The position numbers and the translations under genes are program-made. The notes below the pieces were generated by a model. That model was not told the DNA's origin. It saw nothing but the letters and a program-made list of their open reading frames with translations, and searched no databases. Positions 26,011-38,152 of a stretch of 64,000 nucleotides of DNA are shown piece by piece (position 1 is the first letter of the stretch; each line of letters opens with the position of its first letter). Source of the DNA: Spongospora subterranea f. sp. subterranea (lineage: Eukaryota); the NCBI GenBank assembly GCA_049724395.1, contig JAUGWO010000016.1:1-64000 (forward strand), written 5' to 3'.

Positions 26011-26107
26011 TATTTAATACCTATATAAGATTGACGCCATATTATCTATTGGAATTTATAAATAGTTAATTATTTGATGTTGCTGTTTGGGTTCTTGATG
26101 TTGCGGT

Positions 26108-26530
26108 TTACGCGAACAGACCGAATTGATTGCCAGCAACCAGTCCGATCACGCAGCAATCCCAGATGATCGACACAACCATCAGGACACGCAAATGGAA
26201 CTCGATCGCGTCGTCTGCGTTCGTGTCCCGAAAATAGGCCCACAGCAGGTGGAGGCAGCAGGAATTGAAAAAAACCAGCCAGAAGATCTCGGAAACGTAC
26301 CAAAGCGAGACGATGAGCTCCGATTGTAGTTGTGTGCCCAGTTTGGTCAGCATGTACAACACTAATGGAACATGCCATTGGATAATCACCGAAAACAGGC
26401 AATTTCCCCATGCCGAAGTGTCGTTTTCCTTGACGGTTTCCACCTCCTTATCAGTAAACGACCCTTCTTCCAGATTGGCATCCTGGCTGAGAAGTTTGGA
26501 GTAAACGCTATCGTCATGCGTGTTTGCCAT
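26108..26530 (-). CDS. Small hypothetical multi-pass membrane protein
   Basis: Acidic N-terminus followed by about three hydrophobic segments. Confidence 0.6.
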   Translation of the reverse strand: MANTHDDSVYSKLLSQDANLEEGSFTDKEVETVKENDTSAWGNCLFSVIIQWHVPLVLYMLTKLGTQLQSELIVSLWYVSEIFWLVFFNSCCLHLLWAYFRDTNADDAIEFHLRVLMVVSIIWDCCVIGLVAGNQFGLFA

Positions 26531-26812
26531 TACCGACGAAGTCAATCTTTGACGTCCTAACACTATTTGTGATGCTATAATGATTAACGCTATATAAGCC
26601 AAAGTCGCGATAATTGAATCGGGGAGTGACACACACAGGGTTCGCGTGCCTCACCATTGTGTGACTTTGGACCCGACATTTCAAATGCCACTGAGAGAGA
26701 AAACATAGACAGATCGTCAGCTGAAGGCGTTTATTATCGCACCATATATAAATCTTTCCGTTGAAACCGAATTTCTAAAACAGAAAACAACCTCGTTATC
26801 AAAAGTATGCGT

Positions 26813-28180
26813 CTAATTAGTACCGCAAGACAGCATCCGTTTGAACCAGCCCCGGCGCTTCACCGTCTGACGAGCTTTTGGTTCCCTTCTGTCAATTGCT
26901 TCGTAATGTGATTCTGGTGCCTTGGCTATTTCGTTCTGAACCCGCTCTCCATTGTTGTCCTCTGACGTCGGTGCATGGTCAGGACTCTGTGCTTGGTCGT
27001 CTTGAGGACGACGCTCTTCAGTCACTTGGTTTTGGGCTTGAACTGGCTCGTCGTTGACTTCAGCTTCAACTTGAGATTGCTCACAGCTTTCTTGAATACA
27101 ACTCGAGCATTGAACTGGATCGCTGCCCGAAGGATTAGATTGTTGTTGCTGGAAAATTACAGAATCTGCGGATTTTTTCTGTTCAATTATGGCATCGGCA
27201 CTGGAGAAGATCTCAATACATTGGTCTTGAGGTAAACCCATTGATTCCTCGGATTTGTTCTGTTCAGCTGTCGCAGCAGCACTGGAAAAGATCTCAATAC
27301 ATTGGTCTTGAGGTAAACCCATTGATTCCTCGGATTTGTTCTGTTCAGCTGTTGCATCGGCACTGGAGAAATCCAAACTAGATTGGTCTTCCGTGGAGTT
27401 GTTTTGTGCAACTACCGGATCGGCACTGGAAAAAATTGAATCCGAGCCGTTTGCCAAAATGCTCGGGCGTTTCTCGCGGCTTCGCTTCCTTAATGTGACT
27501 ACGTCAAAAGCAAAATGCGGTTCGGTATTTACAACATCCTGACCTCTTCCCGATGCCGGAAAGATATCTGAGCCTGGGCCATTAGGCGATGCTGGAGCGA
27601 CCGGTGCATCTTGATCCTTTCGCGACTCACTATCCCTCACAGAATCTTGACGAGATCGTGATGCGGGAGTAATTTCTGAATCTTGCTCATTTCGCGACGC
27701 CGGAGCGCTCTCCGGATTTGTGTTTTCGCCGTTTTGCTTAAAGGAGATTTGTTGATGATGCTCTGTATTACTGTCCTGATAAGCATTGCTTGTTGTCTCT
27801 CCTTGGCAAACTGAGCCTGGCTTGGGGAAATCTTGAGGTTTGAGACTTGTACGCTCACCAATTTCTTCAGCACTGCCTCTAAAAATGGCTGACATTGATT
27901 CCCGACTTGAGTGGGATGCAAACCGACGAGGTACACGCCGCTCAAGGAGCGAGCCCGAATGCGACCTGCTAAATGACCGAATCTCTGCTGCAGGGTTGCT
28001 CATTGATTCAAACCTGACGCGCATCTTGCTCGTTGTTTGACCCTCGAATAAGTCCATCAGATCGCGGTTTTTCTTTCCCGGGCTGGCACCTTCCCGGCTC
28101 TGACTGTGGCCCAGGGTCTCGAATTTCATACGCAGAGTACTGACGCGCAGGTCAGATGCGGCGCCATGAATTTCATCCAT
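26813..28180 (-). CDS. Hypothetical 455-aa disordered protein with internal repeats
   Basis: Intronless S/Q/E-rich ORF that ends RRGWFKRMLSCGTN. Confidence 0.75.
   Translation of the reverse strand: MDEIHGAASDLRVSTLRMKFETLGHSQSREGASPGKKNRDLMDLFEGQTTSKMRVRFESMSNPAAEIRSFSRSHSGSLLERRVPRRFASHSSRESMSAIFRGSAEEIGERTSLKPQDFPKPGSVCQGETTSNAYQDSNTEHHQQISFKQNGENTNPESAPASRNEQDSEITPASRSRQDSVRDSESRKDQDAPVAPASPNGPGSDIFPASGRGQDVVNTEPHFAFDVVTLRKRSREKRPSILANGSDSIFSSADPVVAQNNSTEDQSSLDFSSADATAEQNKSEESMGLPQDQCIEIFSSAAATAEQNKSEESMGLPQDQCIEIFSSADAIIEQKKSADSVIFQQQQSNPSGSDPVQCSSCIQESCEQSQVEAEVNDEPVQAQNQVTEERRPQDDQAQSPDHAPTSEDNNGERVQNEIAKAPESHYEAIDRREPKARQTVKRRGWFKRMLSCGTN
27198..27370. repeat. 81-bp (27-codon) in-frame tandem duplication
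   Basis: Units start at 27198, 27279 and (partial) 27360. They encode ATAEQNKSEESMGLPQDQCIEIFSSAx twice. Confidence 0.9.
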
Positions 28181-28818
28181 GTTGGACTATTCTGTCGAAA
28201 ATGATGGTGATTACGAAGTGATCACAGAACAATGTATCTGGGCACTTATCCAGGCACATAACCGAAACATAAATCCTGCGAAACATGCGAGACTGGACGA
28301 CAGTCGCCCAGCGAAACATGCGAGACGGGTCAGTGAGCTTGTCAGCACAACGTGCGCGACTCGGGCGCAGTCGCAGGAGATCCGTTCCAACCCACTTGTG
28401 GTGGCTCCGTTGCGGCGACTGTTGGGTGTAATGCCCAGTCATCGATTGTACGTACGATACAGTGGAATCAAACGCGTCATGTCACTGATGGCCCGCACGG
28501 CCCCGGCCGTGCCCAGCTGGCAACAAATATCTGCAGTCCACTTTTGCCAGAAACAATCGAACAGGCTTACCGATTACTTCCGGCCGGTGTCCAGTTAGTG
28601 ATTTCTTTGATAATTCATGCTCCGCAAAATTTCAATTAAAATTTTCGGTTTTTTTTTACATCATGTCTGATCGGTTCAGCTATATTCGTCAAATGATGGT
28701 TTTCATTGAAATCATTTCAAACGTATCAAACGTGATGATGCCATTGGGTACCGGGTTGGGACCGGTCAGCTTTGATTTTTTGTACTCGTTGATATGACTG
28801 AACCGCGACGATGGAGTC

Positions 28819-30933
28819 ATGGGTGATGGCGCGTGCCAGAATAGCTCCTTCGATGAACCCGCCAATACCAGGAGAATCCACACTCAAACCATCGCTGGCC
28901 AAGCGACAATGGCGACATTCACCGATATCGTCCAGGAATTCTGGGAAACATACGGCCAGATCGCGGTCTTTGTCATCGTATGGCTGTTCCTGTTGGTGGC
29001 CTTCATGCACTCGTGCAGCTATTTCGTCACGTACCTGATCACGCTCGCCAACGTCGTCAAACAGGGTGAAAAAAATCAGTCCTCCCCTCATCCAACTCGA
29101 TTTATCGCCGCCTGTTTCATGATCATCTATTTCTCGTACAACGTCGGCATTTACGGAATGCTAATCAGCCGACTCAATTTTCGGAATGCGTTCTGGGCAA
29201 GCCCATGGGAACCGATGACGGGAACTCTGGCCTACGTCCTCCAGTTTGAACCATTCGTATTAGTGGCAACGACCTGGTTCAAGGTCGGATGCGCTACCGA
29301 CTCGTATCGCCGCGCGCCGTCCGAGGACGAGCTACTCGCTGTCCTGGAAGCCGCCAAGAAGAAGAACAGTCTTCCGAATGTGACGATTGTTATGCCCATC
29401 TACAATGAACCGATCGAGACGCTGATGATCGCCATCAATTCGGTTACGAAAAGCAAATACCCCCTAGGGAAGCTGCATTTGGTGTTGGCCTTTGACGCGG
29501 ATACCGTCTCAACGCTCTACCGATCCGTTGTTTACTGTTTGATGAGCTTGAACCCGTATCCAGACTACGATAAACTATCGACCAGTGAGGGATTGGACGA
29601 GCTGGGCGTGAGCAGCGATCCGAAAGAATACCCAATCATTGGTGATATCATGTACCGGAAGCTGAAGGTGACGCCATGCCGGTTCGTCCATGGCGGTAAA
29701 CGGCACGCACAGATGTGCGCGTTCAACTATCTCAACGACATGTATAAACAGCTCGAGGTGAAGCCGCTTTTGCTGTTCATCGACTCCGATATCGAGTTGG
29801 AAGTCCACGCGATCCCCTATTTCGTTCACGATCTTAATCGCCATACTGGCATCTACAGGGAGGCGTTGACCGGTCTAATCACATGCAAAACCGCCGGCAC
29901 CTACAGTTTCTGGAAAGTTCTTCAAGACACCGAATATATCGAGTCGCAGATGTTGCAGCGAAATACGGAAGATTATCTCGGCTCAGTGTCGTGTTTGCCA
30001 GGAGCATTGACAATGGTCCGCTTTGAAACGCTGGCGAAGGTGGCTCCGAAATACTTCGGATCAATGGTGGCGTCCGACACCTTCGACTTCAATCGAACTC
30101 ATCTCGGCGAAGACCGATACTTAACACACCTCATCATGGAGTCTCGACCCGAGAAGTACAGAATCGGATTCTGCCCATCAGCTCGTTGTAAAACGGAAGG
30201 GTGCGAAACCCTACAGTCTCTGATGAAACAGAGGCGGCGTTGGTATCTTGGAACCGTCACCAACGAAATCTATATGTTAACTTCTCCCATCCTTTGGCGA
30301 CAGTTCACTGCTTTGAACGGAATCGTTGCTATTTCTGCATTGAAAAACGGCCCGCTTTTCATCTACGTGTTTCTTCTGGAGCTAGTTCGTGGCAATGGAA
30401 CGTTCTGGTCTTATTTCTACGCGATCGCAATTTTCGGTCCAATTTGGGGGTTCGTTGTATTCACGGGTTGGCAGATCAAGCGACGGAAAATAATGTGGTT
30501 TTATCCGATAATCTTGATTGGATTACCAATTTTGGCGGCCTGCTTTCAGGTGTATGGCATCATGACTTTTCGGGTTCGCTCATGGGGCGGACCTCGTGCT
30601 GCTGCTGCACAAGCTGAACCAGGAGAGAAAGTCGAACAGAAACTTGACGCGGATCCGATGAATCCCGCCCCTGTTGTTGACGACAAAGGGCAAGTGCAGC
30701 CTAAGAAGCCGGACGCAAATGGTCGAGTTGTATCACAGGTGCGAGAGGTGTCAGAAGTAATACCACGCCGAGATCTGATCATCGAAAGCGGGGAAGATGA
30801 ACCTGTAGCCAAAGCGGTTGCTGCGGAAGTGAGACCACGGCCGATTAGCCAAGTGCTAGGCTTGAAAGAAAGTTTCGAGGAGATCGATAGTGGCAAAGAG
30901 ATACCACATCCGATTGGTCCGAATGCTGTCTGA
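28819..30933 (+). CDS. CHS: Chitin synthase (GT2), intronless; likely start at 28909
   Basis: MPIYNE, GGKRHAQ, FIDSD, QDTEY, VSCLPG, LGEDRYLT, QRRRW and SWG motifs, with flanking transmembrane helices. Confidence 0.95.
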   Translation: MGDGACQNSSFDEPANTRRIHTQTIAGQATMATFTDIVQEFWETYGQIAVFVIVWLFLLVAFMHSCSYFVTYLITLANVVKQGEKNQSSPHPTRFIAACFMIIYFSYNVGIYGMLISRLNFRNAFWASPWEPMTGTLAYVLQFEPFVLVATTWFKVGCATDSYRRAPSEDELLAVLEAAKKKNSLPNVTIVMPIYNEPIETLMIAINSVTKSKYPLGKLHLVLAFDADTVSTLYRSVVYCLMSLNPYPDYDKLSTSEGLDELGVSSDPKEYPIIGDIMYRKLKVTPCRFVHGGKRHAQMCAFNYLNDMYKQLEVKPLLLFIDSDIELEVHAIPYFVHDLNRHTGIYREALTGLITCKTAGTYSFWKVLQDTEYIESQMLQRNTEDYLGSVSCLPGALTMVRFETLAKVAPKYFGSMVASDTFDFNRTHLGEDRYLTHLIMESRPEKYRIGFCPSARCKTEGCETLQSLMKQRRRWYLGTVTNEIYMLTSPILWRQFTALNGIVAISALKNGPLFIYVFLLELVRGNGTFWSYFYAIAIFGPIWGFVVFTGWQIKRRKIMWFYPIILIGLPILAACFQVYGIMTFRVRSWGGPRAAAAQAEPGEKVEQKLDADPMNPAPVVDDKGQVQPKKPDANGRVVSQVREVSEVIPRRDLIIESGEDEPVAKAVAAEVRPRPISQVLGLKESFEEIDSGKEIPHPIGPNAV

Positions 30934-31022
30934 TCTCAAACATTAGTAATGCAGGCGCAAACTATCTATATATTACAATGAATCTTGTATCCATTTGAGT
31001 GTAAACTAGAAGAATGTGTATA

Positions 31023-34000
31023 TTATGATTTCCAACCTTTAGTGCGACTTGGGGAGGTGCAGTCGCCAGACATGGCGAAAATGATGGCCATGACCCGATG
31101 AATTGCAGATACTTCTGTTAACGGGTTCGGTCCCTCGCAACAAAGGCTGTGCAAGTTGGATTGACTTTTCTGAACCTTTGAAAACGTTTGAAATTTTGAG
31201 TTGGTCGCTAACAACTGTTTGAGATTGAGTATATGCGGTATAGATAGACTCTGAGACCGTTGAGATTTGAGTCTGCCTAAATTTCGGGAGCCGACGACTG
31301 CTTGATATAAAGGCGAACCGTGACCGGTCCGCCATAGCAACCCTAAGAGTAGCGATAGACATCGCTGCTGCTTTTCCATTGCTATTATGAAACAATAAAT
31401 CAGCAAAAGGAAAAGGCTGATGGCATAATCACTAACAATCAGGAGGTGATGCTGTTTGCGTCACACATGGGAACGCTCGCTGCACAGCTTCAGCAAGCGC
31501 TCCAGCGGATAATTGTAAAGGCAACCTTGAGTACTGACGATTGATCAACTGCTCAGCTCTTCGCAAAGTGGAATATGCAGCGATTGCGTTCTGCGATGAT
31601 CCACTTATCAAAGAGGAACCAATCCATTGAGTCGCAAGAGAAGAGCCTTGCATACTAGCTTTTTGATACCAAAGCAATGCTGTAGATGTGCCAACTGGAA
31701 AAACGAATCAGATTGATGACACAGAATAAATACTGCAATCTACCTGAAATCCATCCACTTTCAATTGCATTGGCGACAAGAATCACTGCCGGAATATTCC
31801 CTGTTTCGGCTGCCATAACGTAATGTCTCCACGCTAACCGAATGTCGCTGCCGTCCTGGTTCAGGATGTTATCACCAGAAGAAACATGGTAGTCGTCCTC
31901 TTCAACCAGTTGACTCCGCAAAAATTCCAAGACATCAACCTTGGGATCAGGAAACCAAGCTAAATGTGAAGATCCTAACATTTCCAAAATCGTCCTTGTT
32001 ATAGCGGTGGTGTCTTTGGATTTACCGCTTTTATCGCATTTGAGAATTGATATTGTTGAAGGCTGATCTTGCAGTGAGTATATGCCAGAAAGGAAAGCGA
32101 ATGAGCGTTCATTTCTGGCAATGCGGATTACGTCATTAATTCTACCAACCATATCTGGATGAACCTCAAACAAGACTGCGAGTTTCGACGATGCTTCTGG
32201 ATGATGAAGCTCATCAGCTTTCCTCAAGGAAAGCGCTGCACTCATCCAACAAAGTCTCTCTTCGTAGATTTCTGCCAAAGCCATGCATGCAGTCGGTTCC
32301 CCATTCGCAGCTGCCTTTGCATACCAGTATGTTGCCCATGCTGGCCAAGGTTCGTCACTGACGCCCAACCCGCCGACCTGGTATAGATGGCCAACAAGTG
32401 TTTGAGCCACTGGAGAGCCACGCCCAGCCGCAATCTATCAAAAATGTTAGATCCCTTCTTTCACGACAACCATAAACCGACCTGTAAAAACCTAACAGCA
32501 AGGCAAACATTCGGCATTACGCAATCTGCAAAAAGATACTGGATCCCAGCGCTAACAAGCCGCTGTGGATCAGTATAGATAGCTGGATGGCGTTGCATCA
32601 TTAGTCGTTTTCGATCGTCGATAGATTTGCTGTTGTCGATATCGCATGGCACATTGACGTTCCCTACCATCTCCAGGATTACTGAATAAACGTTGAGGTC
32701 TTTTTTGCGTGATACTTGAGATTTTTTGTTCAGAAGCGTTCTCAGACAAGCAAATATTTCTAACCGGCGCTGCTTCAAGAACGCCGTCTCAGCAGACTTT
32801 ACTTGATCTCGCACCAATGCATTAACTGACGACTGGAGATTCAAGCAAGATCTGGTTGCATGTCCTGGGGCGGCAACCTTGGCCCATGCAAGAGAATATG
32901 AAAGCGACAAGTTTGATGTCTGTGGCGACTGAAATGCCGATATAGAATGCAAAGTTACTAGAAGAGATAGTGCTCTGCGATTGCCAAGGCTTGCAGCAAC
33001 CGTCAAGTAGTGACGCGCGGATATCCAGTCGACTGGCGTTCCTTGCCCAACGCAAAAACAAAGAGCTAAATCCACGCATGCCAAAGCGTTCCCTTGCTGA
33101 GCAGCTTTAGTTATCCAAGATACTCCGCTTTCATATTCACGATCCAACAGCAAAGCTTTTCCGAAAAGGTATTGGCCTTGCGAATCTCCCAACGTTGCTG
33201 CCTGTTTCAGCAGTCGATCTTTTTCTGGTTTTTCCGCAATTTTTGAAGAGAGTATTAATGCCCAAGGTCGATCTCCAAGTTCCGAAATGGCAGCTATGGT
33301 TGTTCTCACTTTGCTTGAAACTGATAAAGGTCGCTGCGCGAAGACCCACTCCATCGATTTGCGGTGGCCTTGAAAAGCTGCGGCTTCATAAAATGATCTT
33401 GCTAAGTCGCCCTCTCCAGCAAGTGCACATTCAGTCGCGCTCAAAAACTGGCCATGAATGTCGTTATTTGCGGCTGCTTTTTCAAACCATTGACGAGCAA
33501 GGTTGGGGTTTGCAGGACAAACGCTCTGCCCGTGGAGGATTCTTTCGCCGAACAAAGACTGAGCTCAATAAGAAAATTGATGTCCCATATTCAAATGTCA
33601 AGACCAACCTGAGCTCTTGGGTGTCCTCTGGATGCACTTTGTCGTAGTACTCTTTCAATCAACACGTCGGAAGGGTCGCTGACAATTGTCAGCCATTGAG
33701 CTGCTACGGGATTTGAGAAAGCAAACTGGCTTAATTGAAGCCTCAACTTTTCTTCAATGGGCAGTTTCGCAGCATGTGAACGAGACGCCAATTCTATTGC
33801 AGCAAGTTGATGACCAAGGCGTGCAGCACGTTGCAAATACTTTTTGGCTTCGTCATTATCGTCGGTATATCGGGATGCCAGCAGATAAAAAGCATCTGCG
33901 TGGCCGCAATCTGCAGCTTCTATTAACAAAGATTTGGCTCGCGGAAAGACAAACTCGAGATTGATTTCCGAGACCAGCCTCATACACTAATGCAAGAGAA

Positions 34001-36959
34001 ACCATGGCGTAAGTGTTTCCACCTCTCACGCTTCGCTTCAACCACTTCTTTCCTTCTTTAAAATCTTGCTGCCAAGTCGTTGAGGTAGAGGGCGTATCAA
34101 ACGAACATAGTGCCAAACTGAATTGTGCACTGGCATCACCTGCAATTGCTTGGGCATTCAGCTCAGGAAGCGTCAATGTCGACATTGCTACGCTTTCTAA
34201 AAAAGAAGGACAGCAACGGTGGCCATCTCTGTTACCAATTCTTCTTAACCATATTTCACGACGAGGGTGCATTTTGCAAGTCGCTAATTCGCGCTGTGAT
34301 TCAAGATCGCCTCCGTCAGCTGCACGTTCGAGCCATTCAGACCATGTTTTGCTATCATTGTTTTCTTGCAACGCATTATGAGCCATCCATCTTTGGGCTC
34401 TGTTGCACCAATAAGTCATACCATCAAAGATAAGGGAGCAATTTGCACCTACTTTGGGACTCCTAAGTTAGCAGCATTGCGAATGAGTGCTTCCTGTTCA
34501 CCAATGCTGTCTTTACGCAAACCCAACTCAAAAAGTGCTGCTTGATGTCCCAAATCTGCTGCTCGTTGTAGTAAAGCGTTGGATTTGACGGCCGAATTTG
34601 CCCTCAACGATTGTAAATATACACCATGAGGCGACTTCAACTTAGCAGCACAATCTAGCCAAAAGTCCAGTTCTTCTCCTACGACGTTCTTCGCAACTTC
34701 TAAAGCAGCAGGAACGCAGCCCGAAGCAGCAGCAAGCTTGAAGTATCGTACAGGTGTTTCACAGTTGGAGTCTTCTGCCAATCCTTTCTGCAATAATCGA
34801 CCATACAGGAACTGCGCTTCCGGCACTCCATGTATGGCCGCTTGATTGGCCAAGTAAACTCCATGGAACGCCATCGCCTGCAAAGTCTACTTAACCGAAG
34901 TGCTCAAATGATGGCGTTTCTTCATACCTGATCTCCTGAAGATACTATTGGATGAATCGAATGGGTAAACAGGTGTTCGTCTGTAAGCAAAGCAGCCATC
35001 ATGTATTGAGCTCGAGGATCGCTATTTTCCACCCCAAGTGACAAATACTTCATAGCATCATCTAGGCGCCGGACTTGAGGCTGCAGATTGTAACTTGCCA
35101 GAAAGTATCGGGATTCCAAATGCCCAGCATGAGCGCATCGGTCTATTTGCTTATAAGCAGCTTCAAAGTCGTGAACGGATGCAAAATTTTTCAATCTGTG
35201 CATAGCAGCTGCTGCCTTGGCGTCAATGATACCATTTTCAGCGGCTTGATCCAGATACACCAGTCCATCTAAATCCTTTAGGTTCAAAGAAGCCTTTTCA
35301 ACGTTAGTTAAACGCAAAAGAAGGTTGCCGAGCTCCAGTTGTGCAGGGGAATATCCATGATCAGCTGCCAACTTTAACCAGCTTGTAACTGTAGCAATCT
35401 CTGATAAATCGGCATGTTTTCCTTGTTTAAGAAGCAGATACAACCGATATTGAGCTTCGACATCAGCCTGCGCGCTAGCTTTTCTATACCAATGAAAGGC
35501 TTTTTGTTCATTTACTGACCCATCGATCACGCCTTCTTCAAATGCTTTTCCAAGCTCAGTCTGCGCCTGTGCATACCCGAGAGTGGCAGCTTGTTTAAGC
35601 CACGATATTGCTCTGACAGGATCTTCTGATATGGTCATACGATAAGCGAGTACCTGCGCCGTTGGCTGACCTAACTGAGCTGCCCTGATAATGAACGAAA
35701 GTGCTTTCAATTGTTCATCCATGTTAGACGTCAAGAGCCATTGAGCGAAGCTTAGAAGTACTACAGGGTCGCAATCTGGATCTTCCACTGCAAGCTCAAA
35801 CCATTGCTGAAGTTCTGTTAAATTGCCATCAACAGGTTGTTCTTGGCTCGAATGATAAAAGTGCATGGCTAGTTTGGCTTGAGCTTCCTGTAATCCTGAC
35901 TTTGCAGCGCTACGTAGTAGGTCCAAAGCAATATCAGTGTCCGTCTCGAACTGATCGCACCCAAGAGCGAATTGAGCTTGCCTCCTTATATCCTCGTTGC
36001 CAAGCTGAATAGCGGCATTAAAAAGCTCTATAGCTCGCTTGCGGTTGTCAGATAAAATTATGTTGCCCAAGTGGAGCATTGCTGATGGGTCTCGGTCCTC
36101 AACAGCTCTTTCGAACCACACCAAGGCTTGCTCACGGCTACGCTTAAACCCCTCGGCCAGTTTCTAGAAGTACCGCTACTTCGGTAACTGCAGGAACGTG
36201 TCCATGATCTGCGGCTCGTTTGAACCAGAGAAACGCTTCATTGGGTTCGTTTGCAGTAAGTCCCATTTGGAATTCAGCCGACGCAAATCCTTGCTCAGCA
36301 CATTGCCGAACAAGTGAACGAGCTTCATCCATCTTTTCCTGCACTTTGGTATTGAGGAGAAATTCCGCTAAAGAAAATTTCTCTGAAACTTTTCCAGAGC
36401 CAGCTGCTCTCCTGAATAAAGGTTCAAATTGCAAAAAATGCTCCTTGTTGAATTTTTCGTCCGCATGCAGTAATTGTAGTATTCTGAGTAAATCCGACCA
36501 AGCTGGATTATAATCTCCCAGAACCGCAAGACCATACCATTCGGCAGCTTGCTTCAGGTCAGGTTCATTGAGCAAGAAACCAGTTTCGTTCAGCAACCCC
36601 AGCTGCCTTGCCGCGATCGCCGATCCTTTTATAGCAGAACAAGCGTAACAAGGACACACCTTTGATGATGTGGCACTATTGCTGTGCGATTCAGACCGAA
36701 CATTTGAAAGAATGTACGCGACCGAGATGCGCATGGCGCCAGATGAGCCGTCAATCATCAGAGGGGGATCCATCTGGCAAGCTAACGATTTGATGCCCCC
36801 AGAACTTCGGAAGCTTTCTCTTTGCTCACTATTGAGCCTGTCATCGTCCAGAATGGAACTATCTAGAGCCGTATTGGCCACCGCATCTTCACTCCTCCCA
36901 ACCTCGACATCATTTCCTGGGGCCTCGACTTCCCCCTCGCCTCGTAAGTCCCCTTCCAT
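31023..36959 (-). CDS. Very large Sel1-like repeat protein (about 1800 aa), multi-exon
   Basis: Dozens of AxxWxxxAAxxGxxxAQxxLG repeats across ORFs at 36144-36959, 34922-36124, 34449-34883, 33856-34419, 32461-33555 and 31655-32410. The last exon is inferred from a GTTAGT...ATAG intron near 31385-31436. Confidence 0.88.
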
Positions 36960-38152
36960 ATGCGATAATAAATCAATGGCAATAGCGATATATCAGCCTA
37001 AAAGGTTCCCGATCCATTAATATAATAATCTTTGCAGTCGCGACGAAAGCGATAAAATATCTCGTGAGTCGACACAGTGGTAACGTTGCCCCCATCCACC
37101 GTGTGTGTCTGCGAAACCACGTGGTCCTGCCCACCGTTCATGGGTAGAAACAACATGGTTGGAGACGGTTTGCGAATGGGCAGCGTGTCGATCCGAATAG
37201 GCCCCAGGCGTTTCTAGTTATTCAACCTTCTTCTCAGGAGCTTTTGGAAACTCTTGATAGAGCGCCTAGGCTATCTTATTCAGAACAAGATGACTAGTTG
37301 AGGATGAAGCTGCCAATCAATTTCATCGCACGGATGAGATCAACGACTGATGATCAGTGGTGAATAAATTCAGCCATCGGCACGACTTCAACGCGTGAGT
37401 GTTTTGCCTGGTTTTCTCAGTCAGGCTTTCTGGTCGGCGCGCCGATAAACTTGTGCATGAACATTCGAAGCTTCGCATAAACTGAGTCGGATCGACCTGC
37501 ACATCAAAATCAACGTCTTTTGATGAATTCGTGGATACGACGACTTCATTACGCAAATTTATCATCGACAAATTCAGTGATTTGACTGAATGTGAGCAGG
37601 TTGCCACGAAAACCGCCTTCAAAATCAAAGCGCCTAGGTGTTCTATCAAACGTTGAATTTGACCGAACTTTAGTGGTCTGGAACTAATACAATGCAACGT
37701 CTTGGCGTTTTATCCTACCCATTCGTCTGAGAAAACGACCACGGTAGGCTCATAATCGGCCTAAGACGGAAGGTGGGTAGAGTAGACGGTTGACGGGTGA
37801 TGAGCGTTGATGTTGGGGCAACACGGCGCATGGCTCCTCTGGCAGCTGCCCAGGTAATCATTAGCCACATGTTTATCTCGGGGTGAACACCGACGATAAA
37901 AAACAATTATAATATAGCAAGACGTTGAGACGCCTGTTGCGATCTTCAAACGTGTGGACAATTCATCCTCTTTATTTTTCGGACGTGACACGATCGAAAT
38001 CCTGCACCAGATTTCACTGCGCATGAAGCCGATTGATGTGGCGGAATGAAAGTTTGTCAATCAATCACGAAAATTTCCTGTCATTGTCACGGACTGTGAA
38101 TTATCTGATTAATCATTTTTAGATTGAGCTGTTTCATTCAGGACCTCTATCG

